DNA of 64,000 nucleotides from Octopus sinensis (Eukaryota), in assembly GCF_006345805.1 (NCBI RefSeq), contig NC_042998.1, positions 64,480,001 to 64,544,000 of the forward strand, in the 5' to 3' direction. The stretch's first letter is position 1. The number at the start of each line of letters is the position of its first letter. Positions 41,041-55,054 of the stretch are shown here, piece after piece. Both the position numbers and the translations under genes were made by a program. The notes beneath the pieces are model-generated. The model was not told the origin of the DNA and did no database searches. It was given only the letters and a program-made list of their open reading frames with translations.

Positions 41041-42287
41041 GTGTGAATAGATTGTATCATAATTCCTTCGACTCCGGAGAGATGATCGTGGCTGTGTTTA
41101 GCTCGAGAACTATAAAATTGCATCCAGCATTGTATTGTCAATAAGCATTATATGACTATGTAGAATGCTTCGATATAAATGTTGTGTTCATAATGTTGAA
41201 TATGAACTGCACTGAATGCAAACAAATTTGATGTGAAACTGATATATTCGGTAGGAGAGCATTCACCTCACTTGAAATCATTTGCCGAATGTCGCTCAAA
41301 TCGAAGTCTACTATTTGGAATAAAAGAGAAATTACTAAATATAACCTTTGTTGCTCTTAAACAGATGTCATGACCGGGTTTGAAATGAGTTCAACCATAG
41401 ACATGTAGGAAGGTTATTCCTAATGAGTATTATTAACGAAGACACGGAGCTTAATTTCTGCTTCAAATATCCTTAGCTACTGGTTATTTCTTTCCAAATT
41501 GAAAAAAGAAAAATATTGAATAGATTCTATATTGAAGAGCTACATCAATCTTCCGTGGCACTGAAGGTTACTTTCATTTATATTGCAGCTATTTGTCATC
41601 CTAACGGTGAGGTGGCGATATATTTAAATATACTTATGTTTACCTGTAATGTCAGATTTATAATTTGGTAAATGAACAAAAAAAGACGCAGGTTTGTCTG
41701 TAACCATGAAACTAAAAATAATGGTGTTCCAATGATAAGTATGCTAAAATTTTCTTTTTCTATAATGTATTGTCTTTCCATATATACTGTATTTAGGACA
41801 GGGAAGTGAGGTAAGACCGGAATGTAAGCATTATAAGTATCTACTGAGCTCTTCAGATCGTAAATCTATCTGCCGAAGACCTTCCTATAGTCTAACATAA
41901 ATATATATTAGAGAATACAGGTAGGTGATAAATAAATGACAGTGTGTCGGGAGTAGAAGAACGATTAATGTACTTCTGTTCAGCAGGGTTGTTCTGGGTC
42001 TGCAGAGCAAGATGAGTGATTGTGCCATTCATTAGAGGAATGCTGTTATATGATAGGCTGCATTAAGATGAGAAATATCCTTCAAGTCTTCAAATTACAT
42101 ATAATATTAAGAAGAGTGTGCTTTAATCATTGAACGTTGCATAGTCTTACGTTAAACCGATGTAATCTATCTATCTCTCTTCCTGTCCGTTTGTTTATCG
42201 CTCGATCGGTCGATCAATCGATTTATGTATGCATATGAGTATGCATATATGTATGAATATATGTATGTACGTATGTATGTATATACG

Positions 42288-42365
<78 letters not shown>

Positions 42366-42572
42366 ACTATCTATATATCTATCTATCTATCTATCTACCT
42401 ACCTACCTATTTATCTGCCTGTCTATCTTGCAAGTAAGGCGTTGGTGTGTCTTTGTGGTATGAAGTTTACTTCGGTACCATACTTTTTCCGGTTTAGTTC
42501 CCACTGCACGGCGACTTGTGCGATGTCTTCTAATCTAGCGTCAGGCCGGCCAAATTTGAAAGAAGACCGTCG

Positions 42573-42620
<48 letters not shown>

Positions 42621-43240
42621 ATGTATGGATGTATGTGTGTGTGTATGTATGTATTTTCTATTTTTTAATTATTATAATTCTTCCACTGAAGATGGATCTA
42701 GTTTCCAACAAACAGACAAGGAATGTAGTTAACAAATACAAATTCACGTTTGAAACTTCAGAACAGTCTTGCATATTTTTTTTCTACTCACAGATATCAC
42801 TTGTATTATACGAATTAGATGTTCGATATCTCTTTCTGATAGTCCCTGTTTATTCAGATGTATGTATGCATGTATGTATGTTTGTATGTATGTATGTATG
42901 TATGTATCTATGTATGTATGTATGTATGCATGTATGCATGTTTGTATGTAGACGTATTGTTTATCGCAACATCAGTGGGGCTGTTCTGTAGGAACGTTTT
43001 TCACCACAGGAGCACTCTCTTTCTGCTGGTCATCGATACAATTTGCACCCGATATACATTACAAGAAGTGGAGAGAACTCTACCATCTTCTGGTTTACGA
43101 TGGGATTACCAGATAATACAGTTTGGAGATATTTATAACCATCGCCAGTGATGAACACACGTCCGCTGGAGATAGTAGTAATTCGCGCCAGATCGTAATA
43201 GAAAATCAAGTGACAATATATATATATATATATATATTAT

Positions 43241-43707
43241 TAGAAAATAGCACCTTTTATCAATTCAAAATGAACAATTAAATTACACCATCTAGAAAAT
43301 TACATATAGCAGAAATATTAAAATTAAAATAACAATATTATACCGATGATTAAGTAAATTTCAAAATAAAAACGTCTATATTTTATTATTATTTTGCAAT
43401 TTACTTAATCATCAGTATATAATTGTTATTTTAATGTTAATATTTCTATTATATGTAATTTTCTAGATGGTGTAATTTAATTCTTCATTCTGAATTGATA
43501 AATGGTGTTTTTTTTTTATTTCTATTTATATATATATATTATATTTTGTGAAATTTGATTTAGTATTTCTAAATTGAATTTTCCACTGTAAGTTAGGAAT
43601 AATATTCCCTCAAATAATTATCATATATATAGAACGATTCTTAGTGCTTAAGACGATAGCGGATCTTCTTCTTGCATAAGAGTTTCCACATAGTGGTAAA
43701 ATTCCCT

Positions 43708-43710
<3 letters not shown>
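43241..43710. mobile_element. AT-rich fold-back (arms of about 130 bp, 43241-43524) plus tail, between (TA)n tracts
   Basis: attaaattacaccatctagaaaattacatat is mirrored by atatgtaattttctagatggtgtaatttaat. Confidence 0.85.
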
Positions 43711-43775
<65 letters not shown>

Positions 43776-43812
43776 CATGCATATATATATGTGAATATAT
43801 ATATATATATAC

Positions 43813-43880
<68 letters not shown>

Positions 43881-43919
43881 ACATAGATATATATATTCAA
43901 TTGGATTTAATTGTTGTGG

Positions 43920-43960
<41 letters not shown>

Positions 43961-44969
43961 CGTGTGTGTGTGTTTATGCCTGCGCATGTAGTTTTGTTCG
44001 CAAGAATTGTTCCTTAACCGTATTTTAGATTACGAAATAAAACACCCGATAGGACGCCATTTGTATACCGCTTAACTTTTAATATTTTCTTACAAACATT
44101 AAATTCATTAGCTACCTAATGAATATTCCGTCAATAATTTGAGGTACCAACTTTGGCTTTAAGAAAACCTTGTCCATGATGCATAGTCCTTCATTTGGTA
44201 TCTACTTGAAAGGCCATCACCTAATAGAAGGTCTTATGACTATCGAGGCCGATGTGAAATTATAATCAAAACGTTAAGATTTACTTATCTCCCTTAAGAC
44301 TCAAAATAATCACAATGTCTGCATTTCTTTACCATTATAACACCACGCAGTGGTTTCTCTCTGAACATAAAAGCCAAAATGGATTATCCAGGCTTTAGAT
44401 TTGGTGTTCATACAGCTATTCAAACCGCTATATATGTATGTTACTTGTCGAATTGAAAGAAGGCAGTCGTAATGTTTGTGAGCAGACAAACATAAAGAAT
44501 GTCAGTATGGAAGCCCCGATCGAATTGTGTAGCTTTGTTACCATCACACTTTCCCAAGAAGCACAACGTTAAGCAAATGGTGAGAGTTAACCACTGGTGC
44601 TCACAACATGCGCTTCAAGAAGCGTTACAAAGTTTTCTCGCATTTTAGGGCGATAAGCAAAGAACGAAAGATAAGATCATAGTAAATGATGTGGAGATTT
44701 AGGAATGAGATTTAGGTGGAGAGAGATCAAATCGGTGTAACGTAAGGCTTTCAAAAGTAAGTTTATTAACGATTCAAACTGTATCATACACGTAGTTATT
44801 AAGGTCCACGCACACACGCACACAGGCACGCAATCACGCATCAACGCATGCATGCACGCACACAACACAGAAGTATATTTGCTTTTGTTTGTGACTCTGT
44901 TTATATACATATACACATAATTACGCATCTCTGTCTGTCTGTCTCTCTCTGTCTCTCTCTCTCTCTATG

Positions 44970-45047
<78 letters not shown>

Positions 45048-45600
45048 CTGTGTATTATCTATCTATCTATTCATATATATATATATATATGTCTGTGTGT
45101 GTGTGTGTGTTTGTGGGTGCACGTGTGTACATACATAATTCATATATATATATGCTTATATATTCATAGGTCCGCTCATATGTTTAACATTGATTGATTG
45201 AAATGTAAGACTAAGTTGTGTAGCATATATATGAGCGTAAATATACGTAGATATACGAGTACTGTAGAAACAGGTGCCAATATTGCGTAATATATTTTAT
45301 CTTTATATTCCAGTAACATCAAAACATACCATAAAAAATGTTTTAAAATAAATTAATAGCGTTTTACTGTGATCTTCAGTAGATATCAATAAATCTTTGT
45401 AGTACAACCAAGTATGTTGATATAGTACTTTGATAATATCCAGAGAACAACAAAAGTTGTTATTTGATTTCTTTTTTCTTTATATATGAAAATGTACATG
45501 GCTGTATATAAATATATTTGCGCGTGTACACACAGAGAGTATAACAGACAGACACATACACACACTCAAACACACACACACACACATATGTATATAACAC

Positions 45601-45638
<38 letters not shown>

Positions 45639-45810
45639 ATGTATATACATATATAAATATTTATTTATATGCATATAAACGTATACATCTATGCATATTT
45701 TCGTTTATATGCCCATTTGCATATATAAAAATTACAATATGTATATGCTAGCATATATCCATATATATATAATATATGTATATTTATATATATATATATG
45801 TGTTTGTGTG

Positions 45811-45856
<46 letters not shown>

Positions 45857-46205
45857 TACATATATGCATATATATACATGTGTGCGTGTGTGTGCGTACG
45901 AGTGAGTGTCTGCGTAGTTTTCTGTTTGACTTTTCTAGTTTTACCTATTATTATGACAATCTTGGGTGTTATATTCAGCGCAAGTTATCAATTATTTTTT
46001 GTGCCAATGTAAATATCATTGTATGTCGCCATGTCATATATGTAAGTTTAGTACAATTCAACGCAAACAATGCTTTACCTCATATGCCTGTTATAATATG
46101 ATCTCCATTGTCAACAAATTATATGCAATGATTTTTTTTATTACTTATAAACTTATAAACTCATACAGACGCATACTTAGGTACCACCTGCACACACACC
46201 TGCAC

Positions 46206-46650
46206 ATCTGTAGTTGTATCATTATTTAGGCAGAATGGTTTATACACCATTCTGCCGAAATAATAGAACTACAGATACAATATCCATGCATATCTCACGT
46301 CTATTTTCATTCCTCCATTTCACTCTCTATTTCATATCTTATCCAGAATAACTTTTGCTTAACCATCTTCTCACACCGTCTCCGATAAAGGGATATATAA
46401 AATATCCCGAAAACAGTTGTAAGAGCTTCTATTTACAAAGTCTCTGAAATCTTTCACAGTCTTTGCTTTTATCTCATTCTGATAATTGTTTTTATATATA
46501 TACACATACTGATATATGACCTACGTTGATCTCCTCATTCACATAATCACCGAACCCGGAGCTTAACTACAGTCTGTCCATAGCACTTACTCAGCATTAC
46601 ATGACACCTTTGAGATTTATTGACGCCATTACATCTCGTAACCTTTCTCT
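46206..46650 (+). mobile_element. PLE-derived element: short 5' inversion, HHR-bearing repeat, short TA tract and tail
   Basis: Hairpin ggcagaatggt-ttatac-accattctgcc at the 5' end. The body matches the reverse complement of 16190-16432 and the tail matches 2812-2930. Confidence 0.75.
46378..46425 (+). ncRNA. Minimal hammerhead-like motif, variant core CCGAUAA
   Basis: gtct-CCGATAA-a-gggatat ataaa atatccc-GAAA-AC agtt GT-A-aga. Confidence 0.6.
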
Positions 46651-46656
46651 GTGTGT

Positions 46657-46700
<44 letters not shown>

Positions 46701-47574
46701 TCATCCATTTATACACATCTACACTCACACACACACACATACATGCATACATAAATACATACATACATACATACATATATACATACATATCCGCTTGTGA
46801 GGCTATAGTTCGGGAAATCCAGGGCTTTGAGGACTGAAGGGGCCCAGGTCTTTAAGGCAACCTTCTTTGGAGAAAGTTAACCTGTATTTAACAATCAATG
46901 GTCTACTGACTCGGATATCTGGCAACTTGTTTGTGTCTAGCTTCCTTGGTATTGCTAGTGAGAGTTGTGATGATGTGCACTACGCAGTCCGTTTAAAACC
47001 GCTGCTCAGGCTGCTCTAAACAGCTATGTGAACATTTATGCCTATCACTTTAAGGAAGAACATGTGTCATAGGACTATACATAGAATCCTGGTCAACGTC
47101 ATGCCTGCGAATGCATTTGCACTCTTTTTGCACAGAGAGGAAATATCACCATGTAGTATATGTATAAGTTCCAACTGGACATTGGTACATATGCATAACA
47201 TCATACGTTTTCAGAGAGCGAGCACTTAGAACAAGCGTAGCACATAATCTCTATTGAATTTATGCACCTAGCATATATGAAATATCATAGACGGCTGTGA
47301 TCGCTCTAAATTTGTATTGAATCCTATCTTGATTTCATTCTTTCATGATCAATACGCTACCAAACTATAGCAGCAGTGTGGTGGGAGTATAAGCGCTTTG
47401 ACCTGAATTTATTGCATTTGCCCAACCACTTTGCTACTGAATTAAAATCCCGGCATACCTTGTTAGTGTGTCACATGTAATCCATCTGTGCTTCAGTCTC
47501 CTGTATAAAGATACGTTCGACACATCCTTTTCATAAGCCTCAGACTCCTTGTTAAGTGTAATGATATTATTTTT

Positions 47575-47760
47575 CATTATTCCACATATATTAGTTTCTA
47601 ATTTTGGGAAACGACCAGCAAGTACGGGGGGGGGATAAGTCAATTACATCAAATGTTCAACTGGAAATTACTTTATAGACCCTGAAAGAAGGTAACGCAA
47701 AGTCGATCTTGGCCTATTTTGAACGTAAAGACAAACGAAAGGCCGCTAAGTATTTCATCC
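47575..47760 (-). mobile_element. Second-family SINE, diverged
   Basis: gggggataagtcaattacatc..gaccctgaaagaaggtaacgcaaagtcgatcttgg. Confidence 0.65.
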
Positions 47761-47803
47761 ACCTGATCTCTGTCTTCATTACTCCTAAAATATTGCAAGA
47801 ATT

Positions 47804-48003
47804 TGTTGTGTCTGGGGAGAGTCATTTTCTTTTTCTACCTTATAGTTTAACCCACTCACCGGTTAAATTTCCACTTATTTCTTATTTTCATTTTCCTAAA
47901 AGTTTCCTTGCGTCTTTCAACCTTTTCAATAGTGGAAATTTTACCGGTGAGTGTGTTAAATAAATAAGGCAAAAAAAGAAAATGACTCTCCCCAGACACA
48001 ACA
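47804..48003. mobile_element. MITE-like element with terminal inverted repeats of about 72 bp
   Basis: tgttgtgtctggggagagtcattttctttt..cactcaccggt is mirrored by accggtgagtg..aaaagaaaatgactctccccagacacaaca. Confidence 0.85.
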
Positions 48004-48952
48004 GAATATGCTTGAACACACGAAGCCAGATAAAGAATATTGCACACCAAATCCAAAAACGAAATACTGCAAGAATATATTTTCTCGGAACGTAAAGGGG
48101 AAAAGGAATTTATTCTTTATTTTCATGAAATGGAAATAATTACTTGGAACTCAAAGTTGTAGAAGCACCAGACTATGGTAAATAGATTATCCAAAAGGAT
48201 GAAAAATATTTTGAAAAACAGTACTAATATAGGTTTTTCTTTCGGATTCAGAAATATATTCAAATCTTTATAATGTGTTTTTATTTTTTTCAGACATTTA
48301 CTCAGTGCAATTGTATATGTCATTTGTTCACGTATATCTTTGTGAGTTGTCTCTTGTTGAATTATAAATAACGTTCTTCTGGCTGTCGTTAAATTACCAT
48401 TGCAAAGTTTATTATACACGTATTAATATTTCAGTGCTTGGAATCAATATAGACATATTTTGAGAAAGATACATATGAACTTACGAGAGAGACAGAATGT
48501 AAATATACATAGAGTAACTTTTCAGATTAGTCTAGTGGAATGATTTACGTGCAGCTTCTGTAAAGCCATAGTATTTTCCAGTTATATTGAGGTAATATTC
48601 TAATCAAATTCGTAATGTAAACGTTAAACTTGGGAAAACATCGCTGCTCTTTATTTGTGAATAACAATGAGAATTTATTTGAAAAACGTTACTACTTCAG
48701 TGCCAGGATGTTGTAAATGTAAATAGAAATTATCATATACACTAAGTTAGCTTCATGGTCAATATCTGACATTGCCCATCTAAATGACATATGCTCAATG
48801 ATTGACCATCTCACATAATATTCTTGACGTCAGTTAAATATTTTTCCTATGTTTTATTTTTAGTAAACTAGAAATACGTCAATTTCAAAATTCGAGTTTG
48901 TTCTGAACAATATATATTTGAATTCAACCGGGGTAGGAGGAAAAGGTATGAA

Positions 48953-49590
48953 ATGTCAGAATCCGATCATTTATAATTCATGGAGCGGAATCCTAAGTTG
49001 TATAGCGAGAAATTAACGAATAAACCAACTTCCGTAATCCTCACCGACGACAAACATACATAAAAATGCAAAACGAGAACCTCTTGTGCTGCTATTTTAA
49101 TTGTGGAGGCCTGTGAAAGAATTGGTTTTTAGAGACTTTTAGAAAACTTGGTGCATTTTCGAAACGAGAACCCAGTTCAGTGGAATGCTTACATTGCTTC
49201 GTCTCTTTCCTTCTATTTTCTAGGTCTGTCTTTTATTACTTCTTTGCTGGATGGTCTTATCGCCAATACCCTTCTAGGACGCTTCAAAGGATATTTATTT
49301 ACCTTCCACATCAACGTTATCGGTTATTTCTTCTCATACACTGAACACATATTTTTAAAAATTATCTTTGAAAATTTCTATTGTTTTCTTCTGAATACAA
49401 CACCTATCATAAACGATTATAATATAAATAAACTTACACCACAAAAACTCAAATATGATAACATTCTTAACAATAACTGTGATAATAAATACAGATTGGT
49501 TATCTACAATAAAGTGTAACTGTTGAATTCTAATTCACAGATATAGCGTTAAAACTAAACTCTTGTAAAATTTATGAAATTCAAAAAGAA
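48953..49590 (+). pseudogene. SLC15/POT (PTR2) proton-coupled peptide transporter pseudo-exon, most like SLC15A3/A4
   Basis: One frame from ATG 48953 reads ..CAAILIVEACERIGF*RLLENLVHFRNENPVQWNAYIASSLSFYFLGLSFITSLLDGLIANTLLGRFK..VIGY. It contains the ExxER motif and a decayed GGxxADxxLGR motif. Stops at 48974, 49061 and 49130. The 3' limit beyond about 49330 is uncertain. Confidence 0.8.
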
Positions 49591-51089
49591 GTAGAAAATA
49601 TTTAAAAAATGGTTTTACAGAAAGAAAATAATTATTTTTTCTAAAGTTATCAGATAAATTATTTTTCATTTAGCATCAGAAGAATGTTTTTACAAATGAA
49701 AGTTAATGAATCGAACTGAGTTCCAAATGGTAAAACGACTCTAGTCTTCTCATAAAAAAAAACAAAAATCTTATGGGTTATAATATGTTATAATACGATA
49801 CAGAAGGTTAGCGTACAAATGTAGAACAAATGTAATCCGAAGCGAAACAGTTAGTGGATGTAGGAGGGACAGAGAAGAAAATAAACAGGACTGTGGACAT
49901 ACAAACGAACAAAATGAGATATCTTAGCGTCAGACAGGAGTCCAAAATAGTAGAGGGTGGTAAAATATCCTGATGGTTTTAATAGAGAGACAACGAGATA
50001 GCGGAAGTGAAATAGAGGAAATGACGAGCAAATGCGATTGCCGGCCGAGAAAAGAGAGAGATAAGACTGACCACTGGTCATGTGTCGGTAGTTTGAGGAG
50101 AAAATTGTAAACGGCAGAGAGAAACAAAGGGAAGACAAAAGAACGAGACAGATAGCAGCATACAAAGAAGGTGGGAATGAGAGAGGGAAGAAAGATAGAT
50201 GGAGAAAGAGCGTGACAGATAACAGCAGAGAAAGAAGGGGAAAGGAGGGGGAAAGTGAGAGAGAAAGAAAGAGAGAGAGAGAGAGACAATGAGTGTGTGT
50301 GTGTGTGTGTGAAAAGGCGAGTTAGAGAAAAGGAGGAGAGAGTCGTACAAAAATATGGAATATATGTGTGTGTGTGTGTGCGTGTTTGTGTACGTGTATT
50401 TGTGTGTGAGTGTCTGTCTATCTGTCCATATAATATACATACGTCTATGTATATATATATATATATATATACATATACAGCCATTCATATGCTTGTAAGT
50501 ATCCGCAAAACGCCTGGATCCATGAATTTAATTTGCATGCATTTCAACCCTTATAACATCGTGATCTATTACTGTTTTACATCACTTGCCACTTATCTCA
50601 CCTCCTTTGTTGGCTGCTGCCAGTGTTCATGAACACGAAGAAAAGTCACAAACTGTAAACGACACTTTATTTCATTAAAAAAGGCGCTGCGTTACATATA
50701 CTGCTCTACCGGTCACTACAAATGTGAGGAATTACATATTTGAGACTAAACATATTGTGAGTCATGTGAAGTTGTCTGAAATGCTATCTTTTACCTCTAC
50801 AAATGTGTAATTAGTTATTAATGAATTACAGCCACGTGGCATTTCGTTATGCAACAATAATATACTATAAAGTATATTACATGTTTGTATGAGTTAACAA
50901 AGAAAGAAAGAAAAATGTTGTAAACAATTAAAGTAAAACAACAAAAGAAAGATGGCACGTCCATGTAGAATACACAACATCAAATAAGTTCATTACATAT
51001 TGCTTTGATAAAGAAAATTTGTAACTGGGGTCAGATATGCTGCTTGTTGTCTTTTATCTTTTACAATATCTTTTACCGCATTGAAGTAT

Positions 51090-51422
51090 TTTAGTCGAAC
51101 AACTCAACCGCTGGACTTACATTTTTGAGCCTAGTACATTTTCTATGAAGCTTTTAGTTGAACCGCTAGGTTACGGGTGTGAAGCGATTGTGAGGAACAA
51201 ACTCAGACACAAGGACACACACACACACACAAACACATACATATATATACACATATCTGTACAACGGGATTCTTTACGGTTTTCCTCTACCGAATGTACT
51301 CATGACTCTTTAGTCGCTCCAAAGCCATACTGGGAGGCACTTGCTCAAGTTGCCACTTACTGGAACTCATCCCAGAAACACATGGTTGGGAAGGAAACTT
51401 CTTTCCATGCCGCCAAGCCTAC
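51090..51422 (-). mobile_element. CORE-like SINE, strongly diverged
   Basis: gaaccgctaggttacggg..ggcacttgctcaagttgccac..catggttggga. Confidence 0.6.
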
Positions 51423-51985
51423 CCACCATACATATAAAATTTACGACATGTATTTTCATAAGATCATGTGAAGATCCCATTATATTTTACGGAATAATTC
51501 TGAAATAATATCGATTGACTGTAACAAAATATATTCCTTTTGCTTTCAAACTTATCTTCTCATTATCAGCAAAAAGAAAACAAAAAGAAAAACGAAAGAA
51601 ATAAACAATTACGTACATAGATGCATGTATATATGTGTATGAACATACGTTTGAATATGTAGATATATGTATGTATGTATTATGTAGCCATATATGGAAG
51701 GATGGAAGGATGGATGGATATATATGCATGCATGTGCGCGTATAAATATTCATGTACATATGAATATGTGAATAAGTTATAGATGTAAATTTAAATACGT
51801 ATATGTGTTCCTGTATGTATGCTTGCTTGCATAATACACACACACACACGTATATATATATATATATATATAAAATATTATTTGAGACAAAACCACTATT
51901 TTGCAAAACAAACAAGGAAAGACTTAATCAATACATAAAATTTAATAAATAGTCAAAAAATTTGGATATATTCCCTAATATTTAT

Positions 51986-52046
<61 letters not shown>

Positions 52047-52139
52047 TATATATATATATAATATATATATATATATTATATATATATATATATATATATG
52101 TATATACATATTACACACACACATATATGTACATATATA

Positions 52140-52900
52140 CATATATATGTATACACAAACATACGTAAAAAAAAACTACACATCAGCGCGCGCGTATATA
52201 TACATATAAATGGTGTGTTTGCTGACGAAAAATAATTTTGCAATAGTTTTTTTACGACTAAATAACTTGTAAAATTCTTATCTAAGAGAACAATTTAACT
52301 TGATTTACAGAATTCTCATACGGAATGCATGGAAAAATAATTTAAGTTTAATGCTGAATAATATATGCATGTCTTTCAGACTTTGTAATTATTCTAAATT
52401 TCGTTAAAAATAATTATATTTCTCCGAAGAATTTTAATGTTTTTCTGAAGAATGTTTACTATGTACATGTAAAATATTATGTTATTGTAAGCAGAGCTAC
52501 AGAAATGAAATGTGTTAAATAATATTTAACGTTTCATGGCAAGTATTAGAACACAAGCAACTGTGTTACTCATCAGATGAATGTTTATGAATTGAATATA
52601 TATGTATTACCAGTGTTTTCATGGTATTATATCCAACTCATTTCCATTACTTCGCTAGAAAAAGATTTTAGTTAGATGGCAGGTTAAATGGGTGTAATAC
52701 TGAAACACACCGGAAAAGTTAGGCAACGAGTGCAAAACATTCAATCATATCTCCCTATGGATTCTGTAAAGAAATCGCCCTCAAAGGACGTGCTGATGCG
52801 CGTAGACACTTTATAGACCAGCACGGACACACATACACACATAAAAAAGCACACGCGTATACACATTTGTAAGTATGTATGTGTCTGTCGATATATATAC

Positions 52901-52955
<55 letters not shown>

Positions 52956-52962
52956 TATATAT

Positions 52963-53009
<47 letters not shown>

Positions 53010-53904
53010 TAAGCATGTCTTTATATGCAGCTACAAGCGTGAGAATATATGCATAAACCATGCAAATCTGTACATACATACATATATATATACACACCCG
53101 TCTCCATCTTTTGTATTTTTGGGGGTAAATTCTCACTATATATATATATGTATACACAAACATACGTAAAAAAAAACTACACATCAGCGCGCGCGTATAT
53201 ATACATATAAATGGTGTGTTTGCTGACGAAAAATAATTTTGCAATAGTTTTTTTACGACTAAATAACTTGTAAAATTCTTATCTAAGAGAACAATTTAAC
53301 TTGATTTACAGAATTCTCATACGGAATGCATGGAAAAATAATTTAAGTTTAATGCTGAATAATATATGCATGTCTTTCAGACTTTGTAATTATTCTAAAT
53401 TTCGTTAAAAATAATTATATTTCTCCGAAGAATTTTAATGTTTTTCTGAAGAATGTTTACTATGTACATGTAAAATATTATGTTATTGTAAGCAGAGCTA
53501 CAGAAATGAAATGTGTTAAATAATATTTAACGTTTCATGGCAAGTATTAGAACACAAGCAACTGTGTTACTCATCAGATGAATGTTATGAATTGAATATA
53601 TATGTATTACCAGTGTTTTCATGGTATTATATCCAACTCATTTCCATTACTTCGCTAGAAAAAGATTTTAGTTAGATGGCAGGTTAAATGGGTGTAATAC
53701 TGAAACACACCGGAAAAGTTAGGCAACGAGTGCAAAACATTCAATCATATCTCCCTATGGATTCTGTAAAGAAATCGCCCTCAAAGGACGTGCTGATGCG
53801 CGTAGACACTTTATAGACCAGCACGGACACACATACACACATAAAAAAGCACACGCGTATACACATTTGTAAGTATGTATGTGTCTGTCGATATATATAC
53901 ATAT

Positions 53905-53960
<56 letters not shown>

Positions 53961-53966
53961 ATATAT

Positions 53967-54013
<47 letters not shown>

Positions 54014-54155
54014 TAAGCATGTCTTTATATGCAGCTACAAGCGTGAGAATATATGCATAAACCATGCAAATCTGTACATACATACATATATATATACACA
54101 CCCGTCTCCATCTTTTGTATTTTTGGGGGTAAATTCTCACTATATATATATATGT
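52140..54155. repeat. Tandem duplication, period about 1001 bp
   Basis: tatacacaaacatacg at 52150 and 53151; tcaatcatatctccc at 52741 and 53741. The copies differ mainly in microsatellite length and a 1-nt indel. Confidence 0.95.
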
Positions 54156-54789
54156 ATATATATATAAACGGAAGATGCAGTGAGAGCTGAGCGGAGTGCT
54201 TGCACTGGTTATAGCTTCCTTGGTATCAAAGTGCGAAAATCGTTCAGTTGGACAAGTCACAAATCGATTGCTCACTATATTTGTTGATAATGTTATTAGT
54301 CTTCAGTTACTGCTAATCGAAGTTAAGCATTGTCTCGAGTAGGTAGACCACAGATATCAAGGCCACCAGTTAAGGGTCAACGATAAGATGATCTTATGGC
54401 ACAGAGCAATGCTGACTTCTAGTGACATGTTATAAAAGCATGAGCTATTGCCTATGTAGTAATTTCATTTTCTAATTGTTTAATCTTTCTTCTTCATTTC
54501 GTTTCTTAAATGTTTGTGGGTGCATCACAATTTCGGTCGGTATAATATTATTTCATTTTCGGGGATATTAGGGAAACTCCTTCGTCAGAGACGATGTGAG
54601 GTGGTTAAATAAAGGGAAATATTAGAGTTTAACACACATACACACACACACAATATATATATTGTTGCCTTGTTGCCTTGTGTGTTCCAGTCTTTTTTTG
54701 CAAGTGTGATTTTATTTTTGCTCTTCCGGTTTTCTTTCTACGAAATAAGGAGATATATTGCGGAACTGTTATTTTAACGAGTTGAGTCT

Positions 54790-54901
54790 ATTCATCCTCC
54801 GATAAGACACATCTACATCGTCGGATGCTCCGGAACCAGTTGTTAAGAGTTCCATACGTGAGGGATCGATGCTAGATGTGTCGAAACAATTGTGATTAAT
54901 A
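54790..54901 (+). ncRNA. Hammerhead-like motif with extended stem II and deleted cleavage site
   Basis: atcct-CCGATAA-gacacatcta catcg..cgatg c tagatgtgtc-GAA-AC aatt GT-[missing]-gat. Confidence 0.55.
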
Positions 54902-54982
54902 ATAAATTCTCGTATATTCATCTTCCGTCTTTCATTTACCATATGTGCCTGTGTGTGTGGCTGTGTGTGTACGTGTGTGTGT

Positions 54983-55054
54983 GTATGTATGCATCATATA
55001 CGATATGTATGTACGAATCATATACGATATGTATGTATGCATCATATACGATAT
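54983..55054. repeat. 24-bp minisatellite, 3 copies
   Basis: gtatgtatgcatcatatacgatat repeated three times; the middle copy has 2-3 changes. Confidence 0.9.

Noticed and set aside
44300-44520. Possible pogo/Tigger transposase trace
   Set aside because: Only faint similarity to the LPxNTT..IQPLD motif; too decayed to call without a search.
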